This document shows, piece by piece, positions 8,523-18,231 of a DNA stretch of 64,000 nt. Numbering within the stretch: position 1 is the stretch's first letter; every line of letters starts with the position of its first letter. A program made the position numbers and the translations under genes. The notes below the pieces were generated by a model. It was not told the DNA's origin. It did not search any database and worked only from the letters and a program-made list of their open reading frames with translations. The stretch is taken from the NCBI GenBank assembly GCA_946186245.1, contig CAMHMN010000003.1, forward strand, positions 5,733 to 69,732. Reading direction: 5' to 3'. Source of the DNA: an uncultured Clostridia bacterium (GTDB taxonomy: Bacteria; Bacillota; Clostridia; Oscillospirales; Acutalibacteraceae).

Positions 8523-9425
8523 TTACGGTGTGACGAATTCGTAGCCCCCGGCACGCGCGCTGTCGATGAAATCGCCGAGTATCGCGGCATTGGTAGGAGA
8601 AACCGCGTGGAGAAGGTAGATTCCGCCGGGATGAAGCCTTTCGGTCAGCTTCTCCAGCGACTGCGCCTTGTCTCCCGGGGAATTGGTGTCCCAATCCTTG
8701 TAGGCAAAGCTCCACAGGCAGGTCTTATACCCCATATTGCTGGCAAGTGCAAGGGTCTGCTCGGAAAATTCGCCCTTCGGGGGACGGAGAAGGTGCATCT
8801 CATAGCCGAAGTTTTCCCTGACGTAGTCGTGCAGCAGGCCTATTTCCTCACGGCAGGTGTCAAGCGACTTCTCCGGCATGGAATAATGCCGCCAGGTGTG
8901 GTTGCCCACAACCTGCCCCTCGTCAACCATCCGCCTGACCAGCTCGCCTTCCCGTTTGGCGTAATCTCCCGTGATGAAGAACACCGCCTTTACCTTTTTC
9001 TCTTTCAGCGTATCAAGAATTCTGGTGGTGTAGCCGTTTTCATATCCCTCGTCAAAGGTCAGGTAGATTTTTTTACTTTGCGGCTCATTCTGCGCCGAAG
9101 CGTCACAGTCGGTGAGATCCATGAAAAATCCCCCCAGTCCGCCGTATTTTTCCTGGGAAGTCACCGCGTCACGGGGACGATTCAAGGGGTCAAAATTCCT
9201 GCCCTGCCCCCAGCAGATTTTCTTTCCGCTGAGCGAGGTGATTTCAATCGCCGGCTGCTTTTCCGCCGTCGTGGGCTGTTCGGATGCCGAAGGCCGTGTT
9301 TCGTTTGCCTTCGGCTTTGATTTCGGCGACGCCGATACATTCAAAAACGTATTGACCGCAAACGCCGTAGAAAGCATGAAGACACAGGCCGACGAAATCA
9401 GAACGGTTTTGTCTTTTTTGTTCAT
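8523..9425 (-). CDS. Polysaccharide deacetylase, NodB domain (PdaA-like peptidoglycan MurNAc deacetylase)
   Basis: N-terminal TM/signal segment, then YLTFDEGYENGYT, KAVFFITGDY and VGNHTWRHYS, the NodB motifs. Confidence 0.85.
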   Translation of the reverse strand: MNKKDKTVLISSACVFMLSTAFAVNTFLNVSASPKSKPKANETRPSASEQPTTAEKQPAIEITSLSGKKICWGQGRNFDPLNRPRDAVTSQEKYGGLGGFFMDLTDCDASAQNEPQSKKIYLTFDEGYENGYTTRILDTLKEKKVKAVFFITGDYAKREGELVRRMVDEGQVVGNHTWRHYSMPEKSLDTCREEIGLLHDYVRENFGYEMHLLRPPKGEFSEQTLALASNMGYKTCLWSFAYKDWDTNSPGDKAQSLEKLTERLHPGGIYLLHAVSPTNAAILGDFIDSARAGGYEFVTP

Positions 9426-9497
9426 TTTCTATTCCGTCCTTTTTACTGTTTATTCAAGGCTGATTCAATGCCCCTTTTATTTTGCCCGCGCATACGC

Positions 9498-9548
9498 AAA
9501 AAAAGCCCTGCATGATTCTTGCAAGCATGGAATTATGCAGGGCTTTTT
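9498..9548 (-). terminator. Rho-independent terminator after hflX
   Basis: GCCCTGCAT (9505-9513) pairs with ATGCAGGGC (9535-9543) over 9 bp. An A-run on one side and a T-run on the other give a U-tract on the minus strand. Confidence 0.8.
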
Positions 9549-9617
9549 CATATTCTCGATAATGAATTGGCGGAACAGCAGATGAAAGATTCCGTTTTGT
9601 AATATTTACCAAAAAAA

Positions 9618-10865
9618 TTACAATTCGTATACAAACGATTTCAATCGCTGCGCCGTCACGGCATCTATCAGGCAATCCATCAGCAGGCCGCTGTCGGTGT
9701 ATTCCTCCGAAAATACCGTGCCGTTTTCCCGGACCATTGCCGACTGTCCTATATCGCGGAAGGGAAAAAGCAGCTTCACCCTCGCCTTCTGCACCGGAAG
9801 CGCTTTCTCGACGGCTTCGAGCAGTTCGCGGAAACCCTCTCCCCTCTTGGCGCTGATCCGCACGCCTTCCACGCCGCCGATCTCGCCCATGTCGGCTTTA
9901 TCGGTCTTGTTGAGCACGGTAATGATGGGTTTATCGCCTGCACCCAGTTCGTTCAGCAGATTCCGGGTGATGCCGAGATGATCGCGGAATACCGGCGACG
10001 AGCAGTCGCAGACATTCAGGATGATATCCGCCTGCACGGCTTCTTCCAGCGTGGATTTGAAGGCTTCGACGAGATGATGGGGCAGACGTCGGATAAATCC
10101 CACCGTATCCACCAGCATCACGCTGCTGCCGGAAGGAAGTTCCAGCGCCCTCGCCGTGGGATCGAGCGTGGCAAAGAGCATGTCCTCCGAAAGCACACCC
10201 GCGTCGGTCAGGGCGTTGAGCAGGGTTGACTTGCCGGCGTTGGTATAGCCGACAATCGCAACCGAAATCACGCCGTCCCGTCTGCGCCTTTCACGCTGGC
10301 GGTCACGCTGCCTGGCGACCTCCGCGAGCTTCTCCTTCAGCGAATCAATGCGCCTGTGAATGTGCCTGCGGTCGGTTTCCAGCTTGGTTTCACCGGGGCC
10401 TCTGGTGCCGATGCCGCCTCCCAGACGGCTCATGGCAACGCCCTTGCCTGTCAGCCGGGGCAGCATGTATCGCAGCTGCGCCAGCTCCACCTGCAGCTTG
10501 CCCTCGTTGGAACGGGCGCGTGAGGCAAAAATATCCAGTATCAGCATCGTGCGGTCAATGGTGCGTACGTCGGTGGCCTCTTCGATATTCCTCATCTGAA
10601 TGGGCGAAAGCTCGCGGTCAAAAATAATCAGATCGACCTCGTTGTCGCGGCAGAAATCCGCCATATCCTTCAGAAATCCCGATCCGACGCATGTGGCAGG
10701 ATCGAGCGACGGACGCTTCTGACAGATCACGCCCGCGACCTCCGCGCCGGCTGTACGGGCAAGTTCCCTCAGCTCGTCGAGGGATTCCTCGGTATCGGGT
10801 TCACCGAGATCCACGCCCGCAAGAAGGGCTACGGTCGGTCTGGTGCCGGTTTCATGAAGTTCCAT
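9618..10865 (-). CDS. hflX: GTPase HflX
   Basis: HflX N-domain (LQVELAQLRYMLPRL, GGGIGTRGPGETKLETDRR) plus G-domain motifs GYTNAGKST, DTVGF and NKTD. Confidence 0.95.
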   Translation of the reverse strand: MELHETGTRPTVALLAGVDLGEPDTEESLDELRELARTAGAEVAGVICQKRPSLDPATCVGSGFLKDMADFCRDNEVDLIIFDRELSPIQMRNIEEATDVRTIDRTMLILDIFASRARSNEGKLQVELAQLRYMLPRLTGKGVAMSRLGGGIGTRGPGETKLETDRRHIHRRIDSLKEKLAEVARQRDRQRERRRRDGVISVAIVGYTNAGKSTLLNALTDAGVLSEDMLFATLDPTARALELPSGSSVMLVDTVGFIRRLPHHLVEAFKSTLEEAVQADIILNVCDCSSPVFRDHLGITRNLLNELGAGDKPIITVLNKTDKADMGEIGGVEGVRISAKRGEGFRELLEAVEKALPVQKARVKLLFPFRDIGQSAMVRENGTVFSEEYTDSGLLMDCLIDAVTAQRLKSFVYEL

Positions 10866-10874
10866 AGGCGGTGA

Positions 10875-12002
10875 TTAATCCTTATCGACGTACTTGTTCA
10901 TGACGCTGATCATGAAGAAGGAGCCGAATATCGCTCCCAGTACGGAGAATACAATGTTGATCAGGAAGAACGTCAGCTGCTTGTCAAAGAGATAGCTCAG
11001 GGCAGCCGAGAAATTGGTGGTGTCGCTGACATAGGACAGCACCATGCCGAGGAACATGAATATCACGGAGATCACAGCGCTGACGGACATGCAGATGCCC
11101 ATCCCGGTGCCTTTGGAACGAACGCCGTGCAGCATGGTGTAAAACACAACGGCCAGCATGCCTGCCGGGAAACAGAGCGCCGCCATGTGGAAATCCGCGA
11201 TCATGGAAACGATCAGGTAGGGAATCACGCCGATGCAGGCGCCCAGCGCAGCGCCGAGAATGCCCTTGCCGACAGTGCCCTCCATCTCGGTCGTAGGCGA
11301 ATCGTCCTTGTCGGAGTGTGAATCGCCCATGATCTCGCGGTATTCGTCGCCGCTGTCGTCAAAGCTCACGCGCTCATTGTCATAATCGGAATAGCGGTCG
11401 CGGTCGTCATATTTTGACTTCATGCCGGAGTATTCGTCATAGGACTCGTCATACTTGCTGCTGTCCGGCTTTATGGGCGCATATCTGCTCTCATAATCGT
11501 CCTCTTCGTTGCCGCGTTCAGGCTTGGGCGCAGGCGCTGCCTTGGCGGGACGGCGATTCTGCTTCTGCTTGGCGCTGCATTCGGCGCAGAGCGGCTGAAC
11601 CATATTGTCGACAAACGAACGCTTTGTGGCCTTCGCACCACACTTGACGCAGACGTTCGGCACACGGAATCCCATGCGACGGGCTTCCGCCGCAATGAAA
11701 TCCAGCAGGCTGTCCATCGTGCGAAGTGAAATTGAGCCTCTGCTCTCGTCAAAGAACACGGCAAGATAGTTTTCCACATCGCCGACCTGTCCCTGGTTGA
11801 GCTCTCCCTCCTCGGCGGCAATCGCATTCTCCAGGTTGTCGAACGCTCTGTTGTCCGACGCTGACAGCATGAATACGAACAGCTTGCCTCCGTCCTCCTC
11901 GCTCACCGAAAAGCCGCATCCCTGATAAACGCCGTAAACGACGTCGCCTTCCTTGCGGTAGTTGTTTGCCGACTGCCATGACGAAAGTGATGAACTCATC
12001 AT
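10875..12002 (-). CDS. Hypothetical membrane protein with internal zinc ribbon
   Basis: AGGAGG RBS. CVKCGAKATKRSFVDNMVQPLCAECS zinc ribbon, an acidic low-complexity linker and four C-terminal TM helices. It lies 9 nt upstream of hflX on the same strand. Confidence 0.65.
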   Translation of the reverse strand: MMSSSLSSWQSANNYRKEGDVVYGVYQGCGFSVSEEDGGKLFVFMLSASDNRAFDNLENAIAAEEGELNQGQVGDVENYLAVFFDESRGSISLRTMDSLLDFIAAEARRMGFRVPNVCVKCGAKATKRSFVDNMVQPLCAECSAKQKQNRRPAKAAPAPKPERGNEEDDYESRYAPIKPDSSKYDESYDEYSGMKSKYDDRDRYSDYDNERVSFDDSGDEYREIMGDSHSDKDDSPTTEMEGTVGKGILGAALGACIGVIPYLIVSMIADFHMAALCFPAGMLAVVFYTMLHGVRSKGTGMGICMSVSAVISVIFMFLGMVLSYVSDTTNFSAALSYLFDKQLTFFLINIVFSVLGAIFGSFFMISVMNKYVDKD

Positions 12003-12343
12003 GTTTCCACATCCTCCTAATAATCTTCAATAAACAATTTCATTTATTAATAAGAATATTTGCTTATCAACCACAGATTATTTTACATCATTCATTCCGA
12101 ATCGTCAACCTAAATCTCTTTAATTATTGGCTCCGAAATAATATTTTAAAAATTCTTCATCTTTTTGATCGGCTTGATGAATTTAATGTGTTATAAATAA
12201 CTGCTTAAAAATCGTTTAAAATGACATAAAAAAATTATTGAAAAAATATATAAAATATGATATATTAAATATGATGCATTCTAATATATTATTTTTTTCA
12301 GCCGATTTGCTTCTGCTGCCGGCTGAAAACGGAGGCTTTTTTT

Positions 12344-13003
12344 ATGAACGACATATTGTCTTTTATCGGTCTGCAGATCTCCTCTTTTGACCGGAATGTA
12401 CTTTACGCCGTCAATCATTCCATGCGCAATTCCGTGATGGATACGGTCATGCCCTTCATAACCAAGCTCGGCGACAAGGGGATTTTCTGGATCGCGCTCG
12501 CCATTATCCTGCTCATACCCAAAAAGACCCGCAAAACCGGCGCCGCGATGGGAATTGCCATGCTGCTGGGCGTGATCATCGGCAACGGCATTCTCAAAAA
12601 TTTCGTCGCACGCACCAGACCCTTTGATCTGGCCAATCCGGTGCTGCCCAAGCATCGGCTGCTCATTGACGCGCCGACCGATTACTCCTTCCCGTCGGGC
12701 CACACCCTCGCAAGCTTCGAGGCTGCCACCGCAATCTACAAGGATCACACCCTCTACGGATTTGCCGCATTTGTGCTGGCACTCCTGATCGCCTTCTCCC
12801 GCATCTATCTGCAGGTGCATTATCCGAGCGACGTGCTCGGCGGCGCAATACTGGGCTTCCTGCTCGGTCTGCTGGGCAGCACGATCGTGCGCTGGTTCAC
12901 GGATATGCGGGCTGCACGCAAGGCCAGAAAGGCCGAAAAAGAAGCCGAAAAAGAGAGCAAGACTCCGGAAAAGGCTTCGGAAACAACTTCTGAATACATG
13001 TAA
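12344..13003 (+). CDS. PAP2-family phosphatase (undecaprenyl-diphosphatase-like)
   Basis: KNFVARTRP, PSGH and SRIYLQVHYPSD (acid phosphatase motifs 1-3), multi-TM, with a Lys/Glu-rich tail. Confidence 0.88.
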   Translation: MNDILSFIGLQISSFDRNVLYAVNHSMRNSVMDTVMPFITKLGDKGIFWIALAIILLIPKKTRKTGAAMGIAMLLGVIIGNGILKNFVARTRPFDLANPVLPKHRLLIDAPTDYSFPSGHTLASFEAATAIYKDHTLYGFAAFVLALLIAFSRIYLQVHYPSDVLGGAILGFLLGLLGSTIVRWFTDMRAARKARKAEKEAEKESKTPEKASETTSEYM

Positions 13004-13065
13004 TCGCAGACTGGCAGCCGGATCATTTCACACCCGGTTTTCAGGTAAGAAAGGGGATCTGATAA

Positions 13066-14349
13066 ATGGCCGTTTTTGATTTGTCCTCATTGAAATTCAG
13101 CTCTCAGGCCAATAAAGAGCTGAATGAGCGTTCAGTTAAAATCAACAGGCAACTTCATATTATCGGTCTTATTATCAGCATTATGATGTTCATCGTCACA
13201 TTGGTGCTGCTGATAATCGCCATCACAAAGGTTTACTCTATCAACAAGGATTTTACGTCCGGCAATGTGTCCTACACGACGGCTAACAACGTCAATCAGA
13301 TAGTGGCTTCCCTGCTGCTGCTGCTTGTCACCTCCATGACGGGGCTGATTTTCTTCAGACTTTACCAGGCCAAGCCGCCGTTTTCCAAAGGCAATATCCG
13401 CATTATCCGCGTGGTTGCCATTATGCTGATACTGCTTTCGGTCCTTCCGATACTCTTCCAGGTAGGCGTCGCGGGATTCTTCAATATTGCGATAAAGAAG
13501 ATTTCGATCAACTATATGTACATCTTTATAGGCGTGATCTTCTACTGCATATCCTATGTGTTTGAACACGGCGACATCGTGCAGAGCAAAACGTCGGAAT
13601 CGCTCTCGGTACAGGAAAATATGATTCTGACCATGGCCGAAGCCGCTGAAGCCAAGTCCGGAAACGTCGGACAGCACATCAAGAGAGTGTCCGAATACAC
13701 CCGCACACTGGCGAGAAACATGGGGATGACCGACGAGGAATGTGAAAACCTCCGCCTGGCCTCCATGCTGCACGACATAGGCAATATACTCATTCCCGAA
13801 GAGATACTCGGAAAGGACAGCTCCCTCAACGACGAGGAATTTGCCATCATGAAGACGCATGTCGTCGCCGGCGAGCAGCTGCTTCAGAACGCTGAGGGAC
13901 AGGTCATGGAACTTGCCCGACAGGTCGTCATAGACCATCATGAACACTGGGACGGCAACGGATATCTCGGAAAGGTCGGCAAAGAAATCAGTCTGCCCGG
14001 CAGAATCGTCGCCGTCGCCGATACCTTCGACATGCTGATCAGTGCCAGAGGCTACAAGAGCGGCTGGGACTCCAACAAGGTCTACCACGGCATTTGCGAT
14101 GACAGCGGCAAAAAGCTCGACCCTGAAATCATCAAGGTTTTCATTCAGTGCTACAAGGAACTTCTGGAAATCTACAAAAAATACAACAAGACGGTCAGCA
14201 GAGACGTTGCGCTCTCTGACGAAATTGTCGCCGGATACGACAAGATTCTCGGCGAATTCAGTTCCAAGAACAAACCCAGCGAAGAAGAATCGGTCAGTGC
14301 CTCCAAATCCTATCAGGACGTCGAGCTTGACCTCCGCAGACTTATCTGA
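13066..14349 (+). CDS. Membrane-anchored HD-GYP domain protein (probable c-di-GMP phosphodiesterase)
   Basis: About five N-terminal TM helices, then HIKRVSEY, MLHDIGN and HHEHWDGNGYLG. Confidence 0.85.
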   Translation: MAVFDLSSLKFSSQANKELNERSVKINRQLHIIGLIISIMMFIVTLVLLIIAITKVYSINKDFTSGNVSYTTANNVNQIVASLLLLLVTSMTGLIFFRLYQAKPPFSKGNIRIIRVVAIMLILLSVLPILFQVGVAGFFNIAIKKISINYMYIFIGVIFYCISYVFEHGDIVQSKTSESLSVQENMILTMAEAAEAKSGNVGQHIKRVSEYTRTLARNMGMTDEECENLRLASMLHDIGNILIPEEILGKDSSLNDEEFAIMKTHVVAGEQLLQNAEGQVMELARQVVIDHHEHWDGNGYLGKVGKEISLPGRIVAVADTFDMLISARGYKSGWDSNKVYHGICDDSGKKLDPEIIKVFIQCYKELLEIYKKYNKTVSRDVALSDEIVAGYDKILGEFSSKNKPSEEESVSASKSYQDVELDLRRLI

Positions 14350-14377
14350 CGCGGGTTTTAATGGCGGAATCATACAA

Positions 14378-14422
14378 AATGCGCAGGTTGTTGAATCAAC
14401 AGCCTGCGCATTGTTTTTATTT
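14378..14422. terminator. Strong terminator between convergent genes
   Basis: AATGCGCAGGTTGTTG (14378-14393) pairs with CAACAGCCTGCGCATT (14397-14412) at 15/16, followed by GTTTTTATTT. Confidence 0.85.
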
Positions 14423-14426
14423 ACTG

Positions 14427-16058
14427 TCAATAATACCGCATGGGGTTCGTCGGGGAATTGTTCTTGCGTATCTCAAAGTGAAGATGCGGTCCGGTGGAAT
14501 GTCCGGAATTGCCTACACGCCCTATCGCCTGTCCCTTTGACACGGTAGCCCCGGAAGAAATGCTGACCGCGCTCAGATGCGCGTAGCAGGTGGAATATCC
14601 GTTGCCGTGAGAGATGATGATATGCAGGCCGTAACCTCCGGCGGTGCGTTTGACGGTGGCTTTGCCGGAATCGGCGGCCACAACTGTGCGCCCGTAGACT
14701 CCGCTGGTGGAAATGTCTACGCCCTTGTGGAAACGACCCCATCTGGGTCCGAAGGGAGAAGAAATGGTGCGGACGCCCGGCACCGGCCACGCGAATTTAC
14801 CCGATCCGACGCTGCTTGCCTTTTTGGTGCCGACCTCGTAGACTGCCTCGACAGGCTCCTTGGTGACGGTGGAAGAGATGACCTCGCTGGAAACCTGCAC
14901 GCCGTTGATTTCGGTGACCTGCTTCACGACCTCGCGTTCGCCGTTTTCGCCCTTTGTGACGCATTTTTTATAGGAAGTGGGCTTTTTGTTGTTCTTGACG
15001 GTTTTTTTGGTGAATTTGATTTTTTCCTTGATCGTCACGGTGCGTACCGTCTGTACCTTCAGAACGGGAAGCTCTTTTTCCACCAGTACGGATGTGCCGG
15101 GTTCAGGCGTATCCTGGAGATTATCATTGAGCTTCATCAGACGTTTGTAGGACATATTGGCTACATTCGCGATCGACTGGGCGGTATCGCCCTCCATGAC
15201 GGTGTAAAGCTGCGTTTCCGTTCGCTTTTTTGAGATGGTCTTGGCAAATTTATCGGACGACACGATCCTGTCGGTGGAATACAGGCCGCTTATGATGTCG
15301 GTCGTACCCATGAAGCTGACCTTTTCGCCGGGGGTGCCGGTCTTGTACTGATCGAGGAAGGTCTCCATGATGAACTGAATATCGCCGTAGCTCTTGGCGG
15401 CGGCGCAAAGCTCGCCGTTTATGTAAAGTCCGTATGCATTCTCCACGTCGCTGCTGTCCGCCAGCAATGCCTCACAGAGAGTTTCCGAACTCATATTCAT
15501 GGAGGAGCTCACCGAAGCAATGGAATATTTCGGCGTGAGAGACTCGATATATCCGTTATTGGTATTGACGGTGCGCTGGCTGAGAAGCTCCACCGCGTTG
15601 TTGTAGACGCTCTCGTCCTCTATGTAACCCAGCGACTTGCCGTTGCAGGTCACCTCCAGCGCGTGCGGCAGACTCATGACGGCCGAGATGACGGCGGTCA
15701 GGGCTCCGATACAAATCAACGGAAGCACCACATTCACCACACCGGCAAAGAATCCCCTGTGCAGGCTGAATGTCGCGCCGACACCGGCTTTTGCTTTGAT
15801 CTCGCCGCAGATGCAGCGGAATTCATTCCACGCGCCGGCAGTCGGCTGCGCCACATGACGGCTCAGGAATCCGGCTATCCTGCCGCCCACAGGACTGAAA
15901 AACTTCCTGATCCTGCGGCGTTTGTTGTAGGTAATAAACTGGATTCTCAGGCCGATGAAGCAGAGCATGCGATAAGCCCTTGCCAATATATTCATCTTTT
16001 TCTTTTTGCCGTTTGCCTTAATTTTTCGGATGATTTCGCGTTTTGACAGATTGCTCAC
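14427..16058 (-). CDS. M23 family metallopeptidase with LysM domain
   Basis: GTG start follows GGAAGGAGAG. It has a TM anchor and a LysM domain (YTVMEGDTAQSIANVANMSYKRLMKLN). The C-terminal M23 motifs are HKGVDIS and NSGHSTGPHLHFE. Confidence 0.9.
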   Translation of the reverse strand: MSNLSKREIIRKIKANGKKKKMNILARAYRMLCFIGLRIQFITYNKRRRIRKFFSPVGGRIAGFLSRHVAQPTAGAWNEFRCICGEIKAKAGVGATFSLHRGFFAGVVNVVLPLICIGALTAVISAVMSLPHALEVTCNGKSLGYIEDESVYNNAVELLSQRTVNTNNGYIESLTPKYSIASVSSSMNMSSETLCEALLADSSDVENAYGLYINGELCAAAKSYGDIQFIMETFLDQYKTGTPGEKVSFMGTTDIISGLYSTDRIVSSDKFAKTISKKRTETQLYTVMEGDTAQSIANVANMSYKRLMKLNDNLQDTPEPGTSVLVEKELPVLKVQTVRTVTIKEKIKFTKKTVKNNKKPTSYKKCVTKGENGEREVVKQVTEINGVQVSSEVISSTVTKEPVEAVYEVGTKKASSVGSGKFAWPVPGVRTISSPFGPRWGRFHKGVDISTSGVYGRTVVAADSGKATVKRTAGGYGLHIIISHGNGYSTCYAHLSAVSISSGATVSKGQAIGRVGNSGHSTGPHLHFEIRKNNSPTNPMRYY

Positions 16059-16262
16059 TCGATGTCACTCTCCTTCCGAGCTGCATACCGTTCAGAAGCG
16101 GTTATCTGGCAGTTACAATACTGTTATATTATACTACAATTCTGTAATAATACAACCCCGAAACGACAATTTCTTGCAAACTCGGTATAAAATAATCCAA
16201 TCGTAGGGCAATTAAATGAATTTTGTACAAATGATTCATCACGAAACCGACATATATGTGAA

Positions 16263-17216
16263 TTATTCCACCCGCTGACCGCTGAAATTGATTCCGTCCG
16301 TGAACTTGTCAAAATCCCCGCTGCCCTTGCGGGCCACCTCTTTTTCAAAAAGCTCCATCAGGCGCATCGAATCCACCTGCGCCATGTCGGTCAGCTCAAA
16401 GAAATTCCTGCTCGAACGGCTGCTTCTGTCGTGAGGGTTGAACCACATGCTGCCCGTCATATTGCCGTAGTCAAAATCGGTTTCCGCCTGTCTGGGATGA
16501 AACTTGCCCGACAGCACGCCTCCCGCCGTTCCCGGTCTGACATAGGGAAGCAGCTTTTCGGCGGCTTCGGCGATGGGCTTTTTGAGAAAATGGCTGTCGT
16601 TTCTCAGCGATATGGCATAACTGAAATCTCCCGCCAGCGTCACGGCCGACTTCCTCGGCGTATGCAGACCGTAAAGATCGCAGATCAGCAGCGAATAGAT
16701 CACCGCGGCGGCAGCCTTGATTCCTTCACAGGCGGGCAGACAGTCGCTCAGGCTGATCTCATCCGGCCTGCGTCCGGTATCGTGCAGCAGGAGCATCACA
16801 TCCAGGTTGTTCTCGATGACATTGTGATATTTATAATTGATTCCGCGCTCGTCGGTTTTTTCCAGCAGCTCAATATTGTAATACACCAGCGGATGAACCG
16901 TCCGGTCATAGCAATAGTGACTGCAAAAACCCAGGGCATAGGAGTATATCAGGTTGTAATCCTCTCTGTCAGCGCAATAGCGGCAGACCTTTGCCAGAGA
17001 ACGCAGCAGCGTGGAAGGATTTCCTTTGTGCATTGCCGAGCCGTAGGAACGCAGACTTCCCGTCTGCCACGGCATACTCCGGTGGTAAAACAAAATATCA
17101 GGCCCCTGACAGCCCCACAGAAAGGCGTCGGTTTCCGCTTCAGGAAACAATCCGCTGAGAAAACTGTCCCGGCAGATGCGTCTTCCCATCAGCCAGTGAC
17201 TAATAATATCAGGCAT
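16263..17216 (-). CDS. Zinc-dependent phospholipase C family protein (tentative)
   Basis: ATG 17216 follows ACGGAGG. The N-terminus MPDIISHWLMG is typical of the family and further His/Asp residues are scattered through the protein. The track ORF to 17336 is an extension across a terminator hairpin. Confidence 0.7.
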   Translation of the reverse strand: MPDIISHWLMGRRICRDSFLSGLFPEAETDAFLWGCQGPDILFYHRSMPWQTGSLRSYGSAMHKGNPSTLLRSLAKVCRYCADREDYNLIYSYALGFCSHYCYDRTVHPLVYYNIELLEKTDERGINYKYHNVIENNLDVMLLLHDTGRRPDEISLSDCLPACEGIKAAAAVIYSLLICDLYGLHTPRKSAVTLAGDFSYAISLRNDSHFLKKPIAEAAEKLLPYVRPGTAGGVLSGKFHPRQAETDFDYGNMTGSMWFNPHDRSSRSSRNFFELTDMAQVDSMRLMELFEKEVARKGSGDFDKFTDGINFSGQRVE

Positions 17217-17244
17217 ATTCAAAACCTCCGTTTGGCTCCAAATA

Positions 17245-17294
17245 AAGAAAAAACGACACAAAGCGGACGACATAATCGCCGCCCGCCTTGTGTC
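17245..17294 (-). terminator. Terminator-like hairpin about 30 nt upstream of the phospholipase C-family start codon
   Basis: On the minus strand GACACAAGGCGG pairs with CCGCTTTGTGTC (12 bp, one G-U), followed by GTTTTTTC. It lies about 280 nt downstream of the previous gene. Confidence 0.7.
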
Positions 17295-17571
17295 AGAAAA
17301 GAGTATCAAAAAAGGGATAGGAGTAGGTGTAGTCACTTTAAAATCATAACGGAAATTTCAAAACCGACAAAGAAGAACATATGCACCGGATAACCGCACA
17401 GAGGTTCGTTTGACTCCCGCTATTGGTTTTAGTATAAAGAAATTTTATGAATACACCATTAACTGAAGAATAATACTTTGTGAACAAAGAAACGGCATCT
17501 TTTAGCTTTTTTTACTTTTTAACATAACTTTTATGGTATTTTTACAAAACAGGGCCGCAGCGCATTGACCG

Positions 17572-18231
17572 TTACTTTCCTATCATAGAATACGCAACCG
17601 CCACCTGCGTCCGGATGTCCGACAGAATCCGGTTGACGCCGAGTGACTGGACGATATACCACCTGTTGTTGACCTTCGCCATGGAAATCTCCGCCGAAAG
17701 CACGTCTTTTTTTGCTTTGGCGGCTCGCTTCTTTATCGCCGAAGCGAGCAGTTGGGCAGGATCCCCCTCTGTCCCCTCGTCGACGGATGCCATCAGATCG
17801 CTCAGAGCAAGCTCGCAGATTGCTCCGAAATCCACAGGCAGCGTCAGATTTACCTGCGCGATAGCCGAATTGCCGTGAATGCTGATGCTTTCGACTTTCC
17901 ACTCGATGCGTCCGGCAAGCGAGGAACAGGCTCTGACAGCCTCCTCGCAGTCGCCGGAGGGATCCAGCTTTGCCATGCAGCAATTATTCATGCCGGCAAT
18001 ATCGTAATCACACAGGCTCCCCAGGTACGAATGCAGCAGACTCTCGGTCATGGTGCTGTCATCCGATTTGCTTTCGCCGCAGGAGGCACAGGCCATCATC
18101 TGTACCGAAAGCATGAGTACGAGCAAACACAACGCCGCGGTACGACGCAGGACATGAAATGAGAGGTGATTGATTTTGCTAACCATAAAAGCGTCTACTC
18201 CCTTCACTAGCATGTTCTTGAGAAAAATCAT
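17572..18231 (-). CDS. Hypothetical lipoprotein (NTF2/DUF4878-like, tentative)
   Basis: Signal peptide with Cys (LLVLMLSVQMMACASCG). The likely true start is ATG 18186 (GAAGGGAG RBS). ATG 18231 would overlap the upstream stop as ATGA. The C-terminal half resembles the 47636 lipoprotein. Confidence 0.6.
   Translation of the reverse strand: MIFLKNMLVKGVDAFMVSKINHLSFHVLRRTAALCLLVLMLSVQMMACASCGESKSDDSTMTESLLHSYLGSLCDYDIAGMNNCCMAKLDPSGDCEEAVRACSSLAGRIEWKVESISIHGNSAIAQVNLTLPVDFGAICELALSDLMASVDEGTEGDPAQLLASAIKKRAAKAKKDVLSAEISMAKVNNRWYIVQSLGVNRILSDIRTQVAVAYSMIGK

Noticed and set aside
12296-12328. 9-bp perfect hairpin (TTTCAGCCG/CGGCTGAAA) immediately upstream of the PAP2 gene RBS as an attenuator
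   Set aside because: It does not sequester the RBS, no proper U-tract follows in either orientation, and no alternative pairing is evident. I note it only as a 5-prime UTR stem.
13132-14430. 432-aa ORF antisense to the HD-GYP gene
   Set aside because: It fully overlaps a gene with clear HD-GYP motifs, a good RBS and a terminator. The antisense product has no motif and a typical shadow-ORF composition. It also runs through the bidirectional terminator.
17296-17571. Attempt to assign the phospholipase C-family leader to a known riboswitch (c-di-GMP I/II, SAM, TPP, purine, ZTP, T-box and others)
   Set aside because: None of the conserved core sequences I remember are present. I kept it only as an unexplained leader in the findings.
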